Virus record (IMG/VR): IMGVR_UViG_3300001598_000053
Coordinates: 1,029 to 65,028 of that record
DNA: 64,000 bases
Origin: a virus
Direction: 5' to 3' (one strand)
The notes beneath the pieces are model-generated. The model was not told the origin of the DNA and ran no database searches. It was given only the letters and a program-made list of their open reading frames with translations. Both the position numbers and the translations under genes were made by a program. How positions within the stretch are numbered: the stretch's first letter is position 1; each line of letters opens with the position of its first letter. Positions 21,050 through 29,838 of the stretch are shown here, in pieces.

Positions 21050-21292
21050 ATGTTTATTAAAGGCGATGTATTGAAAGTTAGACCTGAATGGTTAAGTGAA
21101 GAAGAAAAGAAAGATCCAAAATATGCCGAGATGGAATACTGTGTGAGAGACTGCTGGGACGGAAAAGTCGAAGTCATCTGTCAATCAAACACTTTCATCG
21201 GATACTCAATCTACACTTGGCCAGAATACACTATGTATAAAGTTGGTCATATCAGCCAAGAAGAGATTGAGAAAAGAATTTTCAAAAAATAA
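21050..21292 (+). CDS. hypothetical small protein
   Basis: promoter 20987-21020; SD AAGGAGA. Confidence 0.55.
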   Translation: MFIKGDVLKVRPEWLSEEEKKDPKYAEMEYCVRDCWDGKVEVICQSNTFIGYSIYTWPEYTMYKVGHISQEEIEKRIFKK

Positions 21293-21362
21293 TGCAAAAT
21301 GGTTTACAAACCGCAAAAAGCATGATATAATATACTTGTAAGAAGAAAAGAGGTAAATAAAT

Positions 21363-21611
21363 ATGGAAAACATGATTAAATCTTTAAATGAATTAGGAAT
21401 TAATGTGACTAACACTATCACAAACAATGAAGAATTTATGTTAGTCTGCAGAACTAAGAACGACAACATGATCGTCGTCGCTCACCAATTAGTAGACGAA
21501 TTCGAAGATGCTGGAATGCTATACACTCTCGATGTCTATAACGCAAATACCCTTAATTGTTTTGGTGAAGCAGAGCAATTGCTCGAAGCAGTCAAGAACT
21601 ATATTAAATAG
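21363..21611 (+). CDS. hypothetical small protein
   Basis: promoter; SD AGAGGT. Confidence 0.55.
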   Translation: MENMIKSLNELGINVTNTITNNEEFMLVCRTKNDNMIVVAHQLVDEFEDAGMLYTLDVYNANTLNCFGEAEQLLEAVKNYIK

Positions 21612-21625
21612 TGGAGGAAAGAAAG

Positions 21626-21973
21626 ATGAAGAAATATTTATTAATCGCAAATTATGCAGAAGCAGATTTTGACAATTATGATTTAGGAAACAACACAATT
21701 GTCATCGGAGACTTCGACACTGTTGCAGAAGTGGTAGAAGCAAGCAAAGCTGACTACACTTCAGCAATTGAAGAAGAAGCAGACTGTCGATTCGATGAAG
21801 ATGACACTGACGGTAGAAATGATTTCTTAGACGAACAGCTTAATTTGCTAACTGTCATTCCAGCAGAAGAAGACAAGATCGAAGTCGGCAAGAAAGAGAC
21901 TATCGCAAATGCTTACTACTGCGGCTACAGCAGAAAGACAGACACAGCTTACATGCTGATAAGAATTTTTTAA
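21626..21973 (+). CDS. hypothetical acidic protein
   Basis: SD GGAGGAAAG before ATG 21626. Confidence 0.55.
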   Translation: MKKYLLIANYAEADFDNYDLGNNTIVIGDFDTVAEVVEASKADYTSAIEEEADCRFDEDDTDGRNDFLDEQLNLLTVIPAEEDKIEVGKKETIANAYYCGYSRKTDTAYMLIRIF

Positions 21974-22051
21974 AAAAATTCATGTTGGCTATTTGCAAAC
22001 TTAAAAATGTGTGGTATAATATACCTGTAAAAATAAAGGAGAACAAAAATT

Positions 22052-22273
22052 ATGAAACTTAATGAAGTCAAATCATCTAATATCAAATCAGTTGGCTGGG
22101 AAAACAACACTCTCTATGTCCAATACAACAACGGCTTAACTTATTCTTACGCCGAAGTTAATGAAGAAACTTACAACAACTTGATGAATGCAGAATCTAA
22201 AGGTCGTTTCATCAACAGCGAAATCAAAGGCAAACACGCCTTCACTCGCTTACCGGAAATGAAGGGAGAATAA
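22052..22273 (+). CDS. hypothetical small protein
   Basis: promoter; SD AAGGAGA. Confidence 0.55.
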   Translation: MKLNEVKSSNIKSVGWENNTLYVQYNNGLTYSYAEVNEETYNNLMNAESKGRFINSEIKGKHAFTRLPEMKGE

Positions 22274-22275
22274 CC

Positions 22276-22551
22276 ATGGATGAAAAATTAAACAGACTTG
22301 CCGAAGTCATTTTCAATAAAATCAAAAACCAAAAGAAAAAAGCAGAACTCGAAAGCAAATTAGACAAAATCCGTGCTAAGATCTCGTTGCTAAACAAAGC
22401 TCAAGAAATAGTCAATGGCAGAGAGGCAGAAGACGGAATTGCCGAAGCTTGGTATAGACTTTCTTTAGAGGAAGTCAAGCTTCGCATCGAGCTAGCTAAT
22501 TTGAATTTAACAATCGCTAAAGAAGATTTAGCAGAATTGGAGGCAGAGTAA
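22276..22551 (+). CDS. hypothetical coiled-coil protein
   Basis: ORF coupled; SD GGGAGA. Confidence 0.5.
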   Translation: MDEKLNRLAEVIFNKIKNQKKKAELESKLDKIRAKISLLNKAQEIVNGREAEDGIAEAWYRLSLEEVKLRIELANLNLTIAKEDLAELEAE

Positions 22552-22553
22552 TC

Positions 22554-22862
22554 ATGACAGAAAGAAGAGCAGCAGAACTTGTTAATAAAATCAAATTCGT
22601 AAAGAACTTAGGAACTACTTTAGGTCAGTTTGACACTATCTGCGTTTCAGACTTGGATTATGAAGTCTTCTTGGGCGAAGGCAATGAAGTCGAAGCTGAA
22701 TACTTAGTGGTCACTTACAAAGGTGGAGCTATAGCAGCTAGATGCTGCAACGGCAATTCACTTTCAGCTATTTTCGACGAAGTTGCAAGATTATTCAACG
22801 GCGGTTATTATGATGAAGTCGATGAGTTAATCAGCTTCAGAAATAATTTCAAAAAAATGTAA
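22554..22862 (+). CDS. hypothetical protein
   Basis: ORF coupled; SD GGAGG. Confidence 0.5.
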   Translation: MTERRAAELVNKIKFVKNLGTTLGQFDTICVSDLDYEVFLGEGNEVEAEYLVVTYKGGAIAARCCNGNSLSAIFDEVARLFNGGYYDEVDELISFRNNFKKM

Positions 22863-22865
22863 TTT

Positions 22866-22900
22866 AAGGGGTTTGCAAAAAACCCTTTTTATGTTATAAT
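22866..22900 (+). promoter_or_regulatory. fused terminator-promoter unit: GGGTTT-GCAAA-AAACCC + T5, -35 TTTGCA, -10 TGTTATAAT
   Basis: same architecture; identical copy at 23725-23757. Confidence 0.7.
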
Positions 22901-22929
22901 AAATATGTAAATAAATGGAGGAAACAAAA

Positions 22930-23124
22930 ATGAAAGACGAAATCAAAACTTGTTGCATCTGCGGATGTCAATTCAGAGGTTGGGGAAACAACCCAGACGG
23001 AGCAATGTGGTTAGACCCAGAGACCAAAGAACCAGTTGTTGGAGAATTCAACACAGAAGACAGATGCTGCGACGACTGCAATTCGAGATATGTAATTCCA
23101 GGCAGAATGTTCCAATTGAGTTAA
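22930..23124 (+). CDS. small zinc-ribbon protein (CCICGC ... CCDDCN)
   Basis: SD GGAGG 9 nt before ATG 22930; Cys pairs. Confidence 0.5.
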   Translation: MKDEIKTCCICGCQFRGWGNNPDGAMWLDPETKEPVVGEFNTEDRCCDDCNSRYVIPGRMFQLS

Positions 23125-23163
23125 CATCGAAAAGAACAAGAATAATAATCAATCATAGAACTC

Positions 23164-23205
23164 GTCTAGAGGCTCATAGAAGTCATCTAGACGAGTTTTT
23201 TATTA
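23164..23205 (+). terminator. intrinsic terminator TCGTCTAGA(GG..)TCTAGACGA + T6
   Basis: perfect 9-bp stem then TTTTTT, ends early gene block before ORF-free island. Confidence 0.65.
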
Positions 23206-23784
23206 TTCCTTGATAATTTATATTAAAGTCTCTTAAAAGCCGTTAGAACGCGAATTTTGGCATTGTGTATTTATATGAACACAAATGCCTTTATGTAGGG
23301 AAATCCAAATGTCTTACAGCACATTTTCCAACAATACGATCGTGGGAAATTTAGGAGGATTCATATTCTGCTTTTACTAAATTTCTGCGAAACGGTTGCG
23401 GATACAGGTCGGTCATCCCAGAGTTCTTACCGTGCACTGTACATGTAGGGAAATCCAGATGTATTTACTTTACTAGAATTCAGAGGGGCAGATTTTTGGT
23501 GGTCTAGGGTATAACCAAAAATCTGCCTTGGTCCTAGTAAAAATTTACTAGAGATGTTAATATGATCCTTCCCCTAAGGGGAAGGATCATATTAAAGTTT
23601 TGATTCGGGTAGACAGTGACAAACGGTTGAGAATTTTACTGAGAAGAATTCATGTACACCATACAGATCCCCACATGTGACTGTCTTGGGTTAGATGAAA
23701 AAAATAAAAAAGTTTTAATTTAGGGGTTTGCAAAAAACCCTTTTTATGTTATAATATACTTGTAAAGATAAAGGAGAATAAAAT

Positions 23785-24138
23785 ATGAAATCAATCAACT
23801 TCAAAATCAAAGAAACAAACGGAAAGTGCTACAATGTCAAAATGAGTTTGACGAGAGACTTCTCTAAGACAGAGGTCTTAAACAGCAGAGCGACTCTAAT
23901 CGCCGATGTCAAGAAAGACTTTCCTAAAGCAGACACAATCGATATGCTTGTTCCAATCACTCAAAAGCGTTTCACGAAGAAACAGTTAGAGCAAGTCGGC
24001 ACCGAAGAAGCATCGACATGGGGAGCAGAATACCTAGGCCACACTTGCTATGAAAACTTCGTAGAGTTCAAAGCGATTGAATGCGGCGACAGATTTGTGT
24101 TCGACATGACTTACGACGACATTGCAAAGTCAATTTAA
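23785..24138 (+). CDS. hypothetical protein
   Basis: promoter unit 23719-23757; SD AAGGAGA. Confidence 0.6.
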   Translation: MKSINFKIKETNGKCYNVKMSLTRDFSKTEVLNSRATLIADVKKDFPKADTIDMLVPITQKRFTKKQLEQVGTEEASTWGAEYLGHTCYENFVEFKAIECGDRFVFDMTYDDIAKSI

Positions 24139-24213
24139 AAAACTGAAAAAAGAGGTCCTCAAAAACCTCTTTTTATCTTATAATATTACCAGTCAAAAAC
24201 AGGAGATACCGAA

Positions 24214-24654
24214 ATGAAGCAGAAGTTGTTTAGTTCGAAGATAATACGGTTGGCAATAGAAGAAGCGAAGAAAGTCAGAGTTCAGTCAGATTACAAGTTC
24301 TTTCAGTTGGGCGCAGTACTATTCACCAATAAGAAGATTATAGTAAGCGCATGCAACTCCAATAAGACTTCTCCTTCGCAGGCGAAATACAATACTTTCA
24401 GATTCGACTTCGACGGCTCAAACTTCAAGCCGTGCAACCATGCAGAGATCGCCGCAATCAGAAAGTTCACTAGACTGAAGTCAAATATCCGATCTTCAGA
24501 TCTCTGCGTCCTCGTCTACCGCGAACATGCAGACGGAAGTAAAGCACTTGCGCGACCGTGCCCGGCGTGTGAGAAAGCATTGAGAGATTTGGGAATCAAA
24601 TATGTCTACTACACTGGCGAGCATAAGATGGTTTTTGAAGAATACGAAGACTGA
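24214..24654 (+). CDS. CDA-fold zinc deaminase (TadA/ComEB-like cytidine/deoxycytidylate deaminase family)
   Basis: CNHAEIAAI (H-A-E zinc/catalytic motif) and PCPAC (PCxxC) motifs; SD AGGAGA. Confidence 0.6.
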   Translation: MKQKLFSSKIIRLAIEEAKKVRVQSDYKFFQLGAVLFTNKKIIVSACNSNKTSPSQAKYNTFRFDFDGSNFKPCNHAEIAAIRKFTRLKSNIRSSDLCVLVYREHADGSKALARPCPACEKALRDLGIKYVYYTGEHKMVFEEYED

Positions 24655-24744
24655 AAAAATATCTCAATTATTTATCAAAAAGGCATTTACAAATGAACGG
24701 TTATGTGATATAATATATATGTAATAAGGAGAGGTTAAGAGACT

Positions 24745-24960
24745 ATGAAAAAAAATACTGTTACATATTTACAAACTCGTGCGTTCGTTGGAGACGATAT
24801 GGTCATCTGCGAAGATGATTTAGACGGAGCATATTTCGACGAATTGGTTTTATCTGGCGATTATGATCGTGTGGAACACGGAAAGTTTTCCTGCAAATAC
24901 GACAAGAACGGCATTGAAATAGACGACGAGTTTGATATTAAGAAACTTTGGGAAATCTAG
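24745..24960 (+). CDS. hypothetical small protein
   Basis: promoter; SD AAGGAGAGG. Confidence 0.55.
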   Translation: MKKNTVTYLQTRAFVGDDMVICEDDLDGAYFDELVLSGDYDRVEHGKFSCKYDKNGIEIDDEFDIKKLWEI

Positions 24961-25073
24961 ACGACTTCAATGATTGATGGACGATAATACTTCAAAAAAC
25001 AAAAAGGGCTATTTACAAATGGCCTTTTTTATGTTATAATATACGTGTAATCGAAAGAGAGGTAAAAAAGATT

Positions 25074-25337
25074 ATGGAAAAAAGAAAGTTTATGGTTGTT
25101 GTTAGAGAAGTTGTAGTTGATGGTTTTGGTGGTAATTTTGATATTGTGTTGAAGAAGTTTGATGATAAGAGTGATAGTTATAAGATTGTTGAGAGAAGTG
25201 AAGTGTTTGATAATATTGGTGATTGTTTGAGTGAATTGTATGAAGTTGAATATGGTTGGTATGAGAAGTATGGAATTAGAAATAATGGTGGAGATGAGTT
25301 TAGAATTAAGATGGATGTTAAAGTTTGTAGAATGTAA
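25074..25337 (+). CDS. hypothetical protein encoded by a cytosine-free ORF
   Basis: ORF with SD AGAGAGG; promoter/terminator unit upstream; coding strand 25053-25388 has zero C; product lacks P, H, Q, A, T. Confidence 0.5.
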   Translation: MEKRKFMVVVREVVVDGFGGNFDIVLKKFDDKSDSYKIVERSEVFDNIGDCLSELYEVEYGWYEKYGIRNNGGDEFRIKMDVKVCRM

Positions 25338-25454
25338 ATAATTATAATAATGAAATAGTTTAAAAATATTTATAATTATGTTTAAAAACTATTTACAAAG
25401 TCTGGCATCTATGGTATAATATTATTGTAAATAAAGAAAGGAAAAAATCTAATT

Positions 25455-25916
25455 ATGGAAAAGAAATCATTTAATTGGCATGGAAAGACTTATTACTTTT
25501 TAGGAAAGGACAAAGGCGGAATAAACTATTACCTTCAACAACCAAGTTGGGACTGCGGTTGGTATTGGGGTTTTGGATACATTAACTCATTCACGAACAA
25601 CTCTGCTCCATCTTGCTCGAGAGACATCAGTTCTCATCAGCACTTTGACTCATTGTTCTTAAGCGGAGATTTGGACAGTTTCAAAAACATGTTCGAAGAA
25701 ACTCCGTTGAGCAAAAACGAAGTTTGGACTCTTATGGAATTGATGCAGACATTCTATGATTTGAGAAGAAGTGCAGAACTCTTCGGAAGAGGCGGAACTC
25801 ATATCGCTAACAACCCTCTCAAAGAACAGTTGAGAGACTCAGACTTTGCTAAGCACATCAATGAAGATTTGATTCCGCAAGTCACCGCGAAAGTCATTGA
25901 ACTCTTAACGAAATAA
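25455..25916 (+). CDS. hypothetical protein
   Basis: promoter 25392-25425; ORF. Confidence 0.55.
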   Translation: MEKKSFNWHGKTYYFLGKDKGGINYYLQQPSWDCGWYWGFGYINSFTNNSAPSCSRDISSHQHFDSLFLSGDLDSFKNMFEETPLSKNEVWTLMELMQTFYDLRRSAELFGRGGTHIANNPLKEQLRDSDFAKHINEDLIPQVTAKVIELLTK

Positions 25917-25999
25917 AAAAACAAAACAAGACCTTCTTGATTGAAGGTCTTTTTATTTTCTGCTTCGGCAGTTTTATCCAACTGTGCCTAGGGGAGGAT

Positions 26000-26365
26000 T
26001 CGCATGATTGAATTTAGTAAATAGTAAATTTTCGTTGAGCGCACAGATCTGTGGAAGGATTCAGGATGGGGCTGTACAGAAGATGAAGTAAATTTAGTAA
26101 AGCCTGTCAGAACGATCTGAATCTGGGAAACGGTTCTGACAGACCCTGCTGAACCGCAAATTTAGTAAACTGTAATCCTGACCAAAGCCGGATACTGTAC
26201 ATGAGACTGTACAGGTCTGTCGCATGATGCTTCACAGAATTTAGTAAACTCAGCATCAACCTGGAAAGGAGTCATGGAAAATTTGGGATGGGCCTAGGCT
26301 GATCGATCCATCTTGGATTTCTAGTAAACGCTTACTATGATGACATCCAAGAATCCTCCTCCCCG
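26000..26365 (+). repeat. array of five ~75-bp units each ending in AATTTAGTAAA, bracketed by an 11-nt long-range inverted repeat (GGGGAGGATTC ... GAATCCTCCTCCCC)
   Basis: core motif at 26019, 26092, 26159, 26238, 26315 (degenerate); internal hairpins CTGTCAGAAC/GTTCTGACAG, CTGTACA/TGTACAG. Confidence 0.6.
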
Positions 26366-26491
26366 GATCTGAACAAAGGAGGAGTTCTAAAAAATATTTT
26401 AATTATTTTCATAAAAGGTATTTGCAGAACTTATAATATATGTTATAATAATATTGTAAGAAGGATAAAGAAAGAATAGAGGTAAACGAAT

Positions 26492-26917
26492 ATGAAAATT
26501 AAATATTATACATTAAGCTATAGAACAATGAGATTTGAAGGCAAAGGCGAACCAGCAGGATTTAGTTATGACACTTATGTAAAGTCTACAAATAAAGCTG
26601 ATTGCATGGCTCTTGTTAGAAAACACAGTTTAGAATTGGTCGATGAACATGATGCTTATGCTGATGGCTTCGTAATCGACACTCATGAGATTGAGTTAGA
26701 TATTGTCACAGGAGAAGACAGATTGGTAAGACATGCACAAGAAGACGCACGCAAGCGCGCTGAATACGAAGCTGCTAAGAAAGCTCGTGAAGAAAGAAAA
26801 GCCCGCGGCGAGTTCAATTTCTTCGACTCAGAATTCTGGACAGCTGAAAGAGTAGCTGAGGCTAATAAGGAACTTAGTGCATTTGGAATTCATATCGTCA
26901 ACTGCGGCGGAAAATAG
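26492..26917 (+). CDS. hypothetical protein
   Basis: promoter 26418-26452; SD AGAGGT. Confidence 0.55.
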   Translation: MKIKYYTLSYRTMRFEGKGEPAGFSYDTYVKSTNKADCMALVRKHSLELVDEHDAYADGFVIDTHEIELDIVTGEDRLVRHAQEDARKRAEYEAAKKAREERKARGEFNFFDSEFWTAERVAEANKELSAFGIHIVNCGGK

Positions 26918-26934
26918 GATGGAGGCAAAATAGT

Positions 26935-27246
26935 ATGAGCGAATTCGTTTATAAGAAAGTAGTTAGATTGAAATTATCTGACAGCATTGGAAATCATCTA
27001 GACAAGTATGACTATATAGATGAGTTAGAATCAAAGTGCAAAGACTTATTCGGTTGGGGTCAACCAGGCAAGTTCGTAGTCGGAGGAACCGATAAAGATA
27101 CATACTTAGACTATGTGATTGACTATATTTACGGAAGCGATCGCGGCGAGTGTGAAAGATGTCGTAAGTTAAGTCTAAATGAATCTGAGAAATACCGCAG
27201 ACTGTTTAAAGACATGTTCAGCAAGGCTGGGTCGCAGCAATCATAG
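26935..27246 (+). CDS. hypothetical protein
   Basis: SD GGAGG; TAGTATG start. Confidence 0.55.
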   Translation: MSEFVYKKVVRLKLSDSIGNHLDKYDYIDELESKCKDLFGWGQPGKFVVGGTDKDTYLDYVIDYIYGSDRGECERCRKLSLNESEKYRRLFKDMFSKAGSQQS

Positions 27247-27375
27247 GAGTGGCTAACATCATAAGCGTGTCGCTGAGCCTGCGAAAAAAATTCTGAATAA
27301 ATTTCAAAAAAGCTATTTACATCTGCATACTAATATGATATAATATAGTTGTAAATAAAACAAGGAGAAAAAATT

Positions 27376-27843
27376 ATGTCAAGAGAAAATCAAAAAGTCA
27401 CAATCAAAGTCAATGGAAGCTTCTATGTCGGAGACATCTGCTATTGCTTGAAGAGCGAAGTATACCATGGAGTTTGGGGCGACAAATACCACTTTGAAGA
27501 CGGAGCGTTCACAGACCCTGAGACCAGACTCCAATTCGCTATCATGTCTACTGCTTATGGAGACGGTTGCTACTATGATACTGACGGACATGAATTCCCT
27601 GTCGATGCTGGAAATATCGGCATTGTCGACATGGGACTTGCTAAACGCTCAGCTGAAGAATTAAATGACAACTGCGGAGTCGTATTCAACTATGACGGCG
27701 AAGTGTCTATCGAATATGACCACGGAACAATCACAGTCGAATTCGGCGATGATGCTCTTGTGATTGAGACCAGCGACACAGAAGACGACTGGTATGATAC
27801 TGATTGGGAAGAACCAGAAAGCGAGGAAGACGAAGATGAATAA
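27376..27843 (+). CDS. hypothetical acidic protein
   Basis: promoter; SD AAGGAGA. Confidence 0.6.
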   Translation: MSRENQKVTIKVNGSFYVGDICYCLKSEVYHGVWGDKYHFEDGAFTDPETRLQFAIMSTAYGDGCYYDTDGHEFPVDAGNIGIVDMGLAKRSAEELNDNCGVVFNYDGEVSIEYDHGTITVEFGDDALVIETSDTEDDWYDTDWEEPESEEDEDE

Positions 27844-28015
27844 TACAACGCTTAAGAAAGTCGGCGTAATCATCGCACTGGCAGCTTCTGCATTCTGCAT
27901 CCTGAATCTGATCGTCAAGGCAGTAGACGGAGAAACGCTTACTTGGTTCAACTGGCTTGCAGCTGTCACAGGCATGCTTAACTTCGTCTTAATCCCTATC
28001 AACTTAAGAAAATAA
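27834..28015 (+). CDS. small hydrophobic membrane protein
   Basis: ORF overlapping upstream gene end; TM segment VGVIIALAASAFCILNLIV. Confidence 0.4.
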
Positions 28016-28199
28016 TTTGCAGCGAGGCTGTTAAAAAATAGCAGTCTCTACTGTATAATATATTATAAGGTATAACTTTGAGCTTAATGAAAGCTCAGTC
28101 TGATAAGTTATTCTTATCATGAGTCCTCCGGCTTAGGACTTGATATGAGCCAGAACACAGGTCGATTTCTAATGACCCGAAATACAAGGAGAAATTTAT

Positions 28200-28493
28200 A
28201 TGACAAACAAAGACTTAGAAAACTTAAACCACATGGGAAAAGCTTGGTTCGTTCTTCGCTACTACGCAGAACACCTTGACCCAACTGAGAAGAGACATCT
28301 CAACTGCACTTCTGAATCCCTAGCATCACGCAGAGAAAACAGATTTGCTGAGACCTCAAATGTTCATGCAGAGCTTCTGTTAGAAGTAATTTCAACCAGA
28401 AACTTGAAAGGCATCAACAGCAATAAGTTAGGAGTCACATCCGACGAAGTCATTGACATGGCTAAGAAATCAGTTCTTGCCTTAGTCAGATAA
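28200..28493 (+). CDS. hypothetical protein
   Basis: SD AAGGAGA; ORF. Confidence 0.55.
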   Translation: MTNKDLENLNHMGKAWFVLRYYAEHLDPTEKRHLNCTSESLASRRENRFAETSNVHAELLLEVISTRNLKGINSNKLGVTSDEVIDMAKKSVLALVR

Positions 28494-28697
28494 TAAACAT
28501 TCAACCTTTCTAAAAAATTCAAAATTCAACCCCCTAAAACAAAACCAGGTATTTAATCAGACGATGCCTGGTTTTTATATTTTTCATAATGTATAATATA
28601 ATAAGAGAATGCGTCCTAGATTGCATTTCTTTTGTCAGGCATATATTTTATCGATGCAGAAGAGAAAGCGTCCTAGAGCGCGAGAATCAGACTCTAA

Positions 28698-28988
28698 ATG
28701 AAGAAAGGAAGGTTAAGCTTATTTATGAATGAACAAGATTATCTTGAAGAGCAGAAGCTCATATTGAAGGAGTTTAAAAGCCTTGCCAAAAAGGAACTTG
28801 CTTTGGAAATCAGCAACGCTCTGCGCGAGCTTATAGATGCCACTTATGTCAGTGCGCTTACTTACGACTTATCGATGAAGCAGATCGAAGTCATGAGACA
28901 GGCGTACCGAACAGCTATATCCACAGTTTCGAATATACTAAAGAAGCAGTTGGCAGAAGATGAAGGAGGAATTTCTCATGATGACTGA
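28698..28988 (+). CDS. hypothetical protein
   Basis: ORF (alternative start ATG 28725 after AAAGGAAGG). Confidence 0.45.
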   Translation: MKKGRLSLFMNEQDYLEEQKLILKEFKSLAKKELALEISNALRELIDATYVSALTYDLSMKQIEVMRQAYRTAISTVSNILKKQLAEDEGGISHDD

Positions 28989-29271
28989 TCAGGTCATGTA
29001 CATCTTCGGCCCTAGTAAATTGCTTAAGGAGAAGCTAGGCATCGATCTGGAGGAATTCCAAAGGTACATTTCCCCAGACGGCAAGTTCATAGTAATCTGC
29101 TATGGGCAGGAGATGAAGGTACTGTTCAGTGCAGACATAGCAGAGAAGAAGCCAGAGTTCCAACTACATGACTTCGATCCGGTCTTCGTCCATACTGACT
29201 ACTGGTTCGACTTAGAAGATTTCATAAATTTCAAGGAGGTTAATGCATATGCTATTCAGAAAGAAGATTAG
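28978..29271 (+). CDS. hypothetical protein
   Basis: SD GGAGG before ATG 28978; overlaps upstream stop. Confidence 0.5.
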   Translation: MMTDQVMYIFGPSKLLKEKLGIDLEEFQRYISPDGKFIVICYGQEMKVLFSADIAEKKPEFQLHDFDPVFVHTDYWFDLEDFINFKEVNAYAIQKED

Positions 29272-29605
29272 CAAAGAAGACAGAATCAGATCGAAAGCTA
29301 CTGCTATCCTGATCAAATCCCTTAGTAAAGTCGCCAACAGAGATCGATTTTCTGTGATCGTGGAGGATGTAGCTTATGACCCAGACGCAGAAGTAGAGTT
29401 CTATGAATACAAAGTCAGGATCATCTTCGACAACAGGCTTTATACTTACCGCGGATTCACTTACGGAGACGAAGCATTCGACCTAGGGTTCCATGTGTTC
29501 AATCAGTTCTTATTGGAGAACTTCGTGATAGCAGACCGCAAGCAAGATGTCAGACACTGCCGCTGCTACAGATACAAATCAGACTTAGAAGTCAAAGGAG
29601 AATAA
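29249..29605 (+). CDS. hypothetical protein
   Basis: SD GGAGG 9 nt before ATG 29249. Confidence 0.5.
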   Translation: MLFRKKISKEDRIRSKATAILIKSLSKVANRDRFSVIVEDVAYDPDAEVEFYEYKVRIIFDNRLYTYRGFTYGDEAFDLGFHVFNQFLLENFVIADRKQDVRHCRCYRYKSDLEVKGE

Positions 29606-29608
29606 TAT

Positions 29609-29836
29609 ATGACAGACAAGAAGACAGAGACTTTCTACACAGTCGATTACAAGACGAACTACTCTTCAGCAGACTATTCGGTTACGATCCCAGCAGGATC
29701 GATCGTGACTGCTGACATAGTGAATGCTTACTACGCAGACGTTAAGTACAGCTTGGATTCATCCTCACTGGAAGAATGCAGATGCTACTATGCAGTAGAA
29801 GGAAATCCAACATTCACAGTAGGCGGAGGTAACTAA
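29609..29836 (+). CDS. hypothetical small protein
   Basis: SD AAGGAGA. Confidence 0.5.
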   Translation: MTDKKTETFYTVDYKTNYSSADYSVTIPAGSIVTADIVNAYYADVKYSLDSSSLEECRCYYAVEGNPTFTVGGGN

Positions 29837-29838
29837 CC

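Noticed and set aside
26000-26365. Possible CRISPR array (repeated AATTTAGTAAA every ~75 bp)
   Set aside because: Conserved core is only 11 nt, unit spacing is irregular (67-79 bp), no cas genes; fits iteron/ncRNA array better.
10483-26940. TAGTATG stop-start junctions (10483, 10664, 26932) as a special recoding signal
   Set aside because: Ordinary translational coupling of adjacent small genes; pattern explained by preferred TAG stop plus ATG 2 nt later.
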